18,019 bases of DNA from Candidatus Iainarchaeum sp. (GTDB lineage: Archaea > Iainarchaeota > Iainarchaeia > JAGGVJ01): positions 1 through 18,019 of the forward strand of contig JAGGVJ010000036.1 of NCBI GenBank assembly GCA_021158055.1, read 5' to 3'. The notes below the pieces were generated by a model that was not told the origin of the DNA, did no database searches, and worked only from the letters and a program-made list of their open reading frames with translations. The number at the start of each line of letters is the position of its first letter. The first letter of the stretch is position 1. The translations under genes and the position numbers were made by a program. Positions 8,912 to 16,548 of the stretch are shown here, piece by piece.

Positions 8912-8945
8912 TATAAACACAGTGGCTGTATAAACATAGTGACTG
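8912..8945. promoter_or_regulatory. Tandem 17-bp direct repeat containing TATA-like boxes in the divergent argG / ACT-regulator intergenic region
   Basis: tataaacacagtggctg (8912-8928) and tataaacatagtgactg (8929-8945), 15/17 identical. Each reads TTTATA on the minus strand. Confidence 0.6.
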
Positions 8946-9064
8946 AAACAAAAAACAAAACCGAGAATTGTTCTATTTGAAACATCTACATCAATTGTCG
9001 GGTTATTTGTCATTAAATCCGGGTTCCAGTTAAGTTTATTTGTATCAATGCCCATAATTGGTTC

Positions 9065-9694
9065 ATGGTCACTACAAGCGAACTCACGGAAAAATTCATC
9101 AACGAGCACGTTTCTGTCAAGGACTGCCTGAAAAAAGGCCTTTTAAACTATTCGGCTTTGTCGCGCTTGATTGCAGGCGAGCTTGACATTGAAAAGGAAA
9201 CATCAAAAGAAGCGATTTTGGTCGCGGCAAGGCGGTACAAAGACAAGATGAAAACCAGGCCGCTTGAAGATTCTGTTTTCAGGCTTTTTGAGGAAAGCGA
9301 CATAGAGATAAAGAACAGGGTTTATGTCTACACGCTTGAAAAAAGCATTTATCCGGACGCGCTGATTGACCTTGAAAAACAGGTAAAAAACGACAAGTGC
9401 ATGGTTTTTTCAATTGAGGGAACAAAGACGATCACGGTGATGATCCAGAAAAGATACAGGGATCTGGTTGAGAAGTCGTTTAAGGGATCCATACTCAACA
9501 TAAAAAAAGAATTGTCGCTTGTGACCATCACCAGTCCGGGAATAGAACAGACAAGGGGTGCATTAAGTTACCTTACCGGGCTTTTTTTCGAAAACGGGAT
9601 AAACATACTTGAGTTCATGAGCTGTTATGACGACACGCTCATAGTGATCGATTCAAAAGACGTTGAAAAAGCGATGAAGTTCTTGAATTTTTAG
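9065..9694 (+). CDS. Archaeal ACT-domain protein, predicted regulator of amino-acid metabolism
   Basis: N-terminal helical region (DCLKKGLLNYSALSRLI..EAILVAARRY) and C-terminal ACT fold (SPGIEQTRGALSYLTGLFFENGINILEFMSCYDDTLIVI). Divergent from argG-argF. Confidence 0.8.
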   Translation: MVTTSELTEKFINEHVSVKDCLKKGLLNYSALSRLIAGELDIEKETSKEAILVAARRYKDKMKTRPLEDSVFRLFEESDIEIKNRVYVYTLEKSIYPDALIDLEKQVKNDKCMVFSIEGTKTITVMIQKRYRDLVEKSFKGSILNIKKELSLVTITSPGIEQTRGALSYLTGLFFENGINILEFMSCYDDTLIVIDSKDVEKAMKFLNF

Positions 9695-9749
9695 GTTCCG
9701 GCTTTTAATCTTTGTTTTTGCTTTTATTTTTTACCTTTAACTTTTACTT

Positions 9750-10928
9750 TTATGCAAGATCTATAGTCGGCATTTTATATTCTTCTATAAAATGGACTCC
9801 GATGATATTTGCAATCTCAGGTATTTTAGATGCATCAATCAGGGTTCTGATATTTGCGGTTGTCGTGGTCGTACCGCCAAGAGCGTTTATTTTATCAGCT
9901 ATATCTGTCTTGTCTTCACCGCTGAAAACCAAGACAGTTAAAAGTATATTTCCTGTCCTGTCCAGTGAATCTATCAGATCAGGCTGCATTTTGTACGCCG
10001 GCTGATATATTCCCACCCATTTGACGCTATCCAGGTTCTGGACATTATTCTTTGCAGTTTCACTCATCTTTACAATAAATGCATGTTCCGGGATATAGCC
10101 GTGCATTGTTCCGCCCAGAGAGATGATGTCGTTTTTGTCTTTGTCGTATACCGAGCCTTTGAACTGGACAATATAATACCCGTCGGCTTCAGGAGAATAA
10201 GAGGGAACGCAAAGATTTTTTGGTATGTGGATCCCAATGTGATCCGAATCAATTTCGGAAGAGGAAAATGCTGTAAGTGCCACTAACTTTATCGTTTTGG
10301 GAATTTTGATAATACAATTTTCGTTCGTTTTTTCTCCGTTTGCGTATGCTTTTGATTCTAAATTTGGTTCAGCGTGCTTTATTCTTTCGTCTTGTTTAAG
10401 TTTGCAGATCCATTCAAATTCCAGACCCTCAGGCACTTCTACGTGAACACAGTTGCAAAGGTCCCAATATTTTTTCACGTTCAAGTCGTATTCACTCATC
10501 ACATCTCTGATCTCTTTCTCTGGAAATTTTTCATCAAAACTTACGATTATGCTGCCGGGAAGATAGCTATAATTTTTTGACTTTAATTCATCAATGCATT
10601 GTTTGACATTCACTGCACTGCATTGGTTATTTATGCACGCAGAAGCTCAAATTTCAGTATTTAACGGACACGCTCTGCTGCAGGTACTGACTCGCTCTAA
10701 ATGCCGATGGTGTATGTTGACAGCTATATTCGGCGGTGAACAGCATTCTCCTCCGCTGATTAATATGCAATCGTCATTTCTTTCGCAATATTTTGAATCT
10801 TTATATTTTTCAGGTATCTGATTTGAAGAGGTATCGCTCCAAATCCAGGATCCTCCGATCAATATGATTACAATGACTAAAATTCCGGTCAGGATTTTTG
10901 TTTTTGAATTCATTTTGATCCTTCTCAT
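9750..10928 (-). CDS. Membrane-anchored Cys-rich protein with subtilase (S8) prodomain-like modules and no catalytic domain; single frame interrupted by TGA at 10647-10649
   Basis: ORFs 10647..10928 and 9750..10613 are in the same frame and joined by 11 sense codons (*ASACINNQCSA). N-terminal TM helix; C..NDDC..CC..C..C..CINNQC; YLPGSIIVSF..HAEPN and YYIVQFKG..GYIPEHAFIV..VKWVGIYQPAYK resemble S8 propeptides. Confidence 0.72.
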
Positions 10929-11051
10929 AATCTATTGATTACCTTGTTATTTATAAAAAGTTTGGTGGTGGGTAATATTTCATTTAACACTTGGGATTAA
11001 GAAAAATTTGCGGAACGAAGTAGGCGGACTTACAATTTCCGATAATTTGTG

Positions 11052-11078
11052 TGATTAAAAGAAGTCTGATTAAAAGAA
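11052..11078 (+). repeat. Direct repeat tgattaaaagaa x2 (period 15)
   Basis: Exact 12-mers at 11052-11063 and 11067-11078. Confidence 0.6.
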
Positions 11079-11124
11079 CCCGCGCTTTTTGAGTTCCCTC
11101 CGCCGCCGAAAATTTAGTCCTGTT

Positions 11125-12042
11125 TTATTTCTTTTTTATCAGGAAATATCCCGCGAATAAGATACCTGCCGCACCCACCCATTGCACTGGAGACAAAATT
11201 TCCCCCAGCAGGATATAAGCAAATAGCGCTGAAAACAATGAACCTGAGAGGAAAAATGTAGTCGTAATAAACGGGCCGACTAATTTTATCGCCCTGTATT
11301 GGCAGATCACAGACAGGAAATATAAAATCGCAGTGAGTACAACATAAAACAGACCGCTGAATAATGCGTTTATGCTTTGATGACCCAAAATGAAAGGAAT
11401 AAACATTACTATTAATAATGCACTTAAACAAACCCTGAAGAAGATGACCATATCTGTTGATATACCGTCCATGATTTTCTTGGCGAAAACATTTTGAAAT
11501 GCCACAATCGAGGCAACAAATATTATCAGCAAGTCACCTAATTGAGGAATTGTCATAGCCCCGTCAGTTATCAATAAAAATGCCCCGATCAGCATCATGA
11601 ACATAAAAAATATCGAACTTTTGGGGTATTTTTCTTTTAATAAAATATAAGCAAGAGGCAATACAAACAAGGGGGTTAACCGGGTAAGGAATCCCGCGTT
11701 TACTGCTGTTGTAACATTTTGCCCCAGAAATAAGATTAAAATAGCTGAGGCGGAAACAACCCCGAGAATAACCAAATCCCTTAATTCATATCTTTTGATA
11801 GATTTCAACTTCTTTAACTGTGGCGAGAAGAAAATAAGTGAAATAAAAATGACTATGATGCTCCGTGAAAATGAAAAGGATAACGGGTCCAGACCAAAAT
11901 TTAAGCCCATTTTTTGAATGACTATCAGCAGACCATAAAACAGGGAAGTTCCGGTCAGATAAGCCAATGCGATTTTATTAATTTTTCCTATGTATAAACA
12001 ATTAAATCTATTTATTTTAAGCTTTCTTTTATCAAGCGGCAT
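11125..12042 (-). CDS. EamA/DMT-family transporter
   Basis: About 10 hydrophobic helices in two repeats, with TTAVNAGFLTRLTPLFV..AYILLKEK and AYILLGEILSPVQWVG. Start is uncertain: nearest ATG is 12042, the promoter- and domain-consistent start is ATA at 11991, and the track start at 12156 overlaps the divergent gene. Confidence 0.88.
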   Translation of the reverse strand: MPLDKRKLKINRFNCLYIGKINKIALAYLTGTSLFYGLLIVIQKMGLNFGLDPLSFSFSRSIIVIFISLIFFSPQLKKLKSIKRYELRDLVILGVVSASAILILFLGQNVTTAVNAGFLTRLTPLFVLPLAYILLKEKYPKSSIFFMFMMLIGAFLLITDGAMTIPQLGDLLIIFVASIVAFQNVFAKKIMDGISTDMVIFFRVCLSALLIVMFIPFILGHQSINALFSGLFYVVLTAILYFLSVICQYRAIKLVGPFITTTFFLSGSLFSALFAYILLGEILSPVQWVGAAGILFAGYFLIKKK

Positions 12043-12147
12043 AAACACTGGTTTAGTGGCCCGGGTTGAAACAAAAGGCAGATTTTGCATATTTTTTTGC
12101 ATATTTAAAGACATATTTTTAAAATAACATGCACTTATAGTTAATTT

Positions 12148-13428
12148 ATGGTGCATGCAAAAAAACAGAATTTTCTTTTCCTGATGTCAGCAGCGGTTTT
12201 TATTCTGGTCCTGTTTATTGCTTTTTTGATTTTTTCGCCCGAGACAGGCGGAAAACTGCGAGTGCCGCCGGACCAGGGGATTCAGGCAGAACTTTCATGC
12301 AGTTTTACTGACGACAAAATATTTTGCACCTGGGAAAAATGCACGCACGAAATAAGCTACGTTGTCGAAAACAATGGGAAAGCAAGCCTTGAACACGCTT
12401 CAATAAGGATCACCGCAGGGGGCAGAGAGCAAAGATTTGACCTGAAAAACATTTCTCCGGGAGAAAAAGCAGAGGGGCAGGTAACTGTTGACTCAAGCCC
12501 GGGCACAAACTATCTTTTTTATGACCTGAGCGCTTCAAACGCAAGCATAGCAGACTGCGACGGCATCATAAAAAGAACTTCGTGCCCGAATCTATGCCTT
12601 GGAAAAGGGCTCTGTTATTTGAACACGTGTTCGCAGGACACTGATTACATATGCAGTTACGAGTCCAGAAGCGATTGCTGCGGAAACGGGATCTGCGAAG
12701 AAGGGGAAACATATGCCTTGTGCGAAAGCGATTGCGAGCCCCCGGAATGCGGTGAATGCGAGACACTGGCAGGCGGCGTGTGCGTGACTGACTTTGAAAA
12801 ATGCCCTGAAAAAGAACCGCGAAAACTCACTGGTTTTGAAACACAGCTTGTGCGTTACGCCAGAGAAATCGGTCTGGACGCTGACAGGTTCAAGGCATGC
12901 ATGGAGTTTGACGAGAAAAAAGAAGTTGTTGAAGAACAGATTTACGACGGGTTTGAAAAATACTGGATAAACCACACCCCCACATTTGTCCTGGCAGGAA
13001 ACATCAAGGTAGTGGGCGACAGCACAACGCAAAAAATGGCAGACCTCATTAACCAGGTTTTAAATCAGGAAATTGACACAAAGTCGTTTAAGGCAACTGA
13101 AAGCTACATGGTGATGGCACAGCCAAGTGCTTTTGACCCGGACCAGGTTCAGATACAGGAATTTTTTGACTTCAAGTGCCCTTACTCAAAACAGGCGCAG
13201 TTCACAGTAAAAGAACTTGAGTCGTTGTTTGGCGAAAAAGTCAGGTTTGTGTTTAAGAACTTCCCGCTTGACACTGACTGCAACCAGTTCATTGAAAGGC
13301 AGAAGCACCCCGGCGCGTGTTCTGCGGCGTATGCAGCGGAATGCGCAAGAGACCAGGGAAAATTCAGGGAGTTCAAAGAAAAAGTTTTTGAAGAACAGGA
13401 AGATTCTTTTTCTTTTGTCGTAGAATAA
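12148..13428 (+). CDS. Membrane-anchored protein with Ig/CARDB-like and Cys-rich regions and a circularly permuted DsbA-like thioredoxin domain
   Basis: N-terminal TM helix; YVVENNGKASLEHASIRI (Ig/CARDB-like); CCGNGICEEGETYALCESDC; GLDADRFKAC..HTPTFV precedes EFFDFKCPYS..KNFPL..AAECARDQGKF. Confidence 0.82.
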   Translation: MVHAKKQNFLFLMSAAVFILVLFIAFLIFSPETGGKLRVPPDQGIQAELSCSFTDDKIFCTWEKCTHEISYVVENNGKASLEHASIRITAGGREQRFDLKNISPGEKAEGQVTVDSSPGTNYLFYDLSASNASIADCDGIIKRTSCPNLCLGKGLCYLNTCSQDTDYICSYESRSDCCGNGICEEGETYALCESDCEPPECGECETLAGGVCVTDFEKCPEKEPRKLTGFETQLVRYAREIGLDADRFKACMEFDEKKEVVEEQIYDGFEKYWINHTPTFVLAGNIKVVGDSTTQKMADLINQVLNQEIDTKSFKATESYMVMAQPSAFDPDQVQIQEFFDFKCPYSKQAQFTVKELESLFGEKVRFVFKNFPLDTDCNQFIERQKHPGACSAAYAAECARDQGKFREFKEKVFEEQEDSFSFVVE

Positions 13429-13451
13429 TGAAATTTTCCAGTAATTAATGA

Positions 13452-14468
13452 TTAGAAAACAGAATTCTTTTTTTTGTCGTTAAAAAAACCTGTTATGTTT
13501 TCAGCAGTGGTTTTTAAGATGCGCTCAATTGCTTCCGTGCTGTTGAATGCGTTGTGCGGCGTGATTATGACGTTTGGCTGGGACAAAAGAATGTGATTTC
13601 CCGCCAAAGTCACAAGTTTTGCGTAATCAAATTTTTTTGAAAGAATCTGGCTTTCTTCTTTAATAAGGTCTTCTTCTTCAAGCACATCAAGTCCGGCGCC
13701 GCCAAAAACCTTGTTTTGAAGCCCTTCAATCAACGCATTGGTTTCCACAAGCCCCCCGCGGGCAGTGTTTATCAAAACAGCCCCTTTTTTTACAAGGTCC
13801 AGGTTCTGCCTGTTGATCAAGTGGTGAGTGTGCTTGTTGTAAGGGGCATGAAGAGAGATTATGTCAGAACACGAGAGAAGCTTTTCAAAAGAAACGTATC
13901 TGAAACCCAGCTTTTTTTCAAGCGACGGGTCTTTTTTCACGTCAAAAGCAACCACGTTCATCTCAAACCCTTTTGCAATCCGGATCACGTGTTTTCCTAT
14001 TTTCCCGACACCGACCACTCCAAGGGTCTTTTTTGCCAAGTCAAACCCGCGCAAGTCGTCGATTGAAAAGTCTCCGCGGATTGTTTTTTCGTAAGCAAGG
14101 TGAATCTTTCTTGAAATATTCAGGATGAGTCCGAAAGTGTGTTCAGCAACAGTGTTTTCACCGTAAGAGGGCACGTTGCATACAGTTATGTCTCGTTTTT
14201 TGCATTCGTCGACTGCAATGTGGTCAAACCCTGTTGATCTTGTTGCAATCAGTTTCAATGCAGGCAGTTTTTCAAGCAGATCAGAATCAATTTTTGACGT
14301 GATAAAAACAGATACGCAGTCAAGGTCTTTTGCAAGTTCCGCGTTTTTGCCTGAAAGCTTTTCGCTGAAAAAACTAACCTGCGCCTTTGGCATTAATGCT
14401 TTAAGGAATTCTTTTTCTTCTTCATTTTCAATTTCAAAAAATCCTGTTTTCGGCTTTTGCATGTTCAT
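13452..14468 (-). CDS. D-isomer-specific 2-hydroxyacid dehydrogenase (D-lactate dehydrogenase-like)
   Basis: TRSTGFDHI, NVPSYG..VAEH, GVGKIG (Rossmann fold), INTARG, LDVLEEE and TPHNAF. Confidence 0.93.
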   Translation of the reverse strand: MNMQKPKTGFFEIENEEEKEFLKALMPKAQVSFFSEKLSGKNAELAKDLDCVSVFITSKIDSDLLEKLPALKLIATRSTGFDHIAVDECKKRDITVCNVPSYGENTVAEHTFGLILNISRKIHLAYEKTIRGDFSIDDLRGFDLAKKTLGVVGVGKIGKHVIRIAKGFEMNVVAFDVKKDPSLEKKLGFRYVSFEKLLSCSDIISLHAPYNKHTHHLINRQNLDLVKKGAVLINTARGGLVETNALIEGLQNKVFGGAGLDVLEEEDLIKEESQILSKKFDYAKLVTLAGNHILLSQPNVIITPHNAFNSTEAIERILKTTAENITGFFNDKKKNSVF

Positions 14469-14498
14469 TTTAGATGCCTTGTTGCGTTGATGGGTTAA

Positions 14499-14589
14499 TC
14501 GGCTTGTCCAGTTGTTCGGCTTGTTCAGTTGTTCGGCTTGTTCAGTTGTTCGGCTTGTTCAGTTGTTCGGCTTGTTCAGTTGATCGGCT
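14499..14589. repeat. Intergenic tandem repeat, 5 copies plus a partial copy of the 17-mer tcggcttgttcagttgt
   Basis: Units start at 14499, 14516, 14533, 14550 and 14567, with a partial unit at 14584. The middle three are identical and there are no spacers. Confidence 0.95.
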
Positions 14590-14764
14590 CAGTAGTTACT
14601 CCGGTCATCATAAGTCAGACTGGGACGGTTTCTTCATAGCCATATTAAATATGGTTTTTGTTGTTTTTAATCTGCTTGTTTTATGTTCTTTTGCCATTTA
14701 CTTTGCTTTTTTTGTATCTGTTGTCATTTGCATGCCCGGGTCTGAAAAAAGTCTGAAAAGATAT

Positions 14765-16024
14765 TCATTTTTTTAATTTCAAAAAAATTTCGTTTACTTT
14801 CCTCAAGATTTCTTTTTCCCCTTTGACTTTTCTTCCATGCATCAACACTCTGCCGTCGCAAATTACTGTGTCAACGCAGTCACCTGTTGCAGAATACACC
14901 AGGTTGGACACAAGGTTGTAATTCGGGTTCAGTTTTGTGTTGTTTAGGTCAACCAGCAGCAAGTCAGCCAATGTGCCTTCCTTTATTTTCCCGCAATTCA
15001 GCCCGAACGCTCTTGCGGCGTTCACGGTGGCCATGTCAAAGCATTCCTGCGCAGGCAGGACAACAGGGTTGCCGGCATTTGATTTCTGGAGCAGGGACGC
15101 GAATTTCATTTCTTCAAACATGTCAAGGCTGTTGTTTGAAGCGGAACTGTCTGTTCCGAGGCACACGTTCAACCCGGCTTTTTTCAGTTTTTCAAAAGGC
15201 AGCACGCCCGAGCCAAGCTTCATGTTGGACGCGGGGTTGTAAACTATTGTCACGCCGTGTTTTTTCAGTATCTTTATTTCGTTGTTGTCAAGCCAGATTC
15301 CGTGAGCCGCAATGACATTCAGGCCCGGGGCGAAAAACTCTATGCTTTCAAGGTACTCAACAGGCCTTTTTCCGGTTTTTTTCACGCAGTCATTTACTTC
15401 TTTTTCTGTTTCGCTTAAGTGAATGTGAACAGCCAGGTTGTTTTTTTCAGCGCAGTCTTTTATCCAGACAAGCCCTTCCCTTGACACCGTGTAGATTGAG
15501 TGCGGAGTCAGCACAGGGACTATCCTTGAATTGTTCAGTTTTTTTGCGTAATCAACGAATTTTTGCGCGGCGTCAATTTCTTTTTTTCTTTTGCTTTCAT
15601 CAGAAAAGTCAAGCATGGCGTGGCCGAGGAAAGCGCGCATCCCGGATTCTTTCACTGCCTGCGCAACCGCGTCCATTGAAAAGTACATGTCGTTGAAACA
15701 AGTGGTTCCGCTTTTTATCATTTCAAGGCAGGCGAATTTCGCACCCCAGTAAATGTCTTCCCTTGACAGTTTTGCTTCAACAGGCCATATTTTTTTGTTC
15801 AGCCACTCGTCCAAGACCATGTCGTCTGCAAAGCTCCTGAGCAGGTTCATTGCAGAATGAGTGTGCGCATTGATAAGGGAAGGAATTGCAGCTTTGCCTG
15901 AACCGTCTATTGCAATGTCTGCGTTTTTTTCAATGCTGCTGCCTATTTTTTCAATGCTGTTTCCTTTAATGAAAATGTCTTTGGTTTCATTGTCTAACAA
16001 GACGTTTTTTATTAAAATACCCAT
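14765..16024 (-). CDS. mtaD: Amidohydrolase, 5'-methylthioadenosine/S-adenosylhomocysteine deaminase-like
   Basis: NAHTH, EMIKSGTT, PHSIYT, HIHLSET, AHGIW, NPASNMKL and GTDSSASNN. AGGAG SD upstream. Confidence 0.85.
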   Translation of the reverse strand: MGILIKNVLLDNETKDIFIKGNSIEKIGSSIEKNADIAIDGSGKAAIPSLINAHTHSAMNLLRSFADDMVLDEWLNKKIWPVEAKLSREDIYWGAKFACLEMIKSGTTCFNDMYFSMDAVAQAVKESGMRAFLGHAMLDFSDESKRKKEIDAAQKFVDYAKKLNNSRIVPVLTPHSIYTVSREGLVWIKDCAEKNNLAVHIHLSETEKEVNDCVKKTGKRPVEYLESIEFFAPGLNVIAAHGIWLDNNEIKILKKHGVTIVYNPASNMKLGSGVLPFEKLKKAGLNVCLGTDSSASNNSLDMFEEMKFASLLQKSNAGNPVVLPAQECFDMATVNAARAFGLNCGKIKEGTLADLLLVDLNNTKLNPNYNLVSNLVYSATGDCVDTVICDGRVLMHGRKVKGEKEILRKVNEIFLKLKK

Positions 16025-16088
16025 ATGGGTTTCTCCTTTGTGTTGTCAGTATCAATATTTCAACAGGCATGACCAATCAATGATCAGA

Positions 16089-16544
16089 TCATTCAAGCAG
16101 CCTGAAAAGAAAAGATGACGGTCCCGGCTTGTTTGAACCTTCGCGCAGAAACCTGAACCCGAAGTTTTCATACAGCTTTACGGCTTTGACGTTGCTGTCA
16201 GCCACTTCAAGAATCACTTCCGTACATTGCTTTTCTTTGAAAAAATCCAGTGCTTTTTCAGTGAGTCGGAACCCAACCGAATGATTCCGGAATTCCGGCA
16301 CAACAACAAGCCCCACGATTATTGCCTTGTTTTCTGTGAGCTGAACGTCAATAAAACCCGCGAATTCATTGTTCAAAAACGCGCAAAACATGAAAACGTC
16401 TTTGTCATCGAAGCGTTTTTCAAATTCTTTGAGTGAATCGTCAACGTAAGGAAATTCTTTTTTCATCAGATTGTAAATAGCATCTAACTCGGTTTTTTCA
16501 GCAGGGCATATCCTGATTCCCAGCTGCCCTATTTGTCTGCTCAA
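16089..16544 (-). CDS. GNAT-family N-acetyltransferase (RimI-like)
   Basis: LVVVPEFRNHSVG (acetyl-CoA motif A variant) and LEVADSNVKAVKLYENFGF. TTG start preceded by SD GAGGTGA (16549-16555), which includes the upstream stop codon. Confidence 0.88.
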   Translation of the reverse strand: MSRQIGQLGIRICPAEKTELDAIYNLMKKEFPYVDDSLKEFEKRFDDKDVFMFCAFLNNEFAGFIDVQLTENKAIIVGLVVVPEFRNHSVGFRLTEKALDFFKEKQCTEVILEVADSNVKAVKLYENFGFRFLREGSNKPGPSSFLFRLLE

Positions 16545-16548
16545 GGGT

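Noticed and set aside
10647-10649. Selenocysteine codon
   Set aside because: No SECIS-like hairpin or Sec machinery is recognisable in the window, and the other internal TGA aligns with Trp rather than Cys. Not strictly excluded.
11001-11115. GC-rich patch (gagttccctccgccgccg) as a tRNA 3' remnant, att site or IS end
   Set aside because: There is no cloverleaf or GTTCRA T-loop, complementarity with 11003-11027 is only weak and imperfect, and no integrase or transposase is nearby.
14499-14589. CRISPR array
   Set aside because: The repeats are contiguous 17-mers with no unique spacers, and there are no cas genes in the window.
14474-14776. 100-aa plus-strand ORF and short minus-strand ORFs at about 14605-14733
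   Set aside because: The plus-strand ORF is a translation of the tandem repeat and T-rich intergenic DNA. The minus-strand peptides (11 and 29 aa) have no recognisable features.
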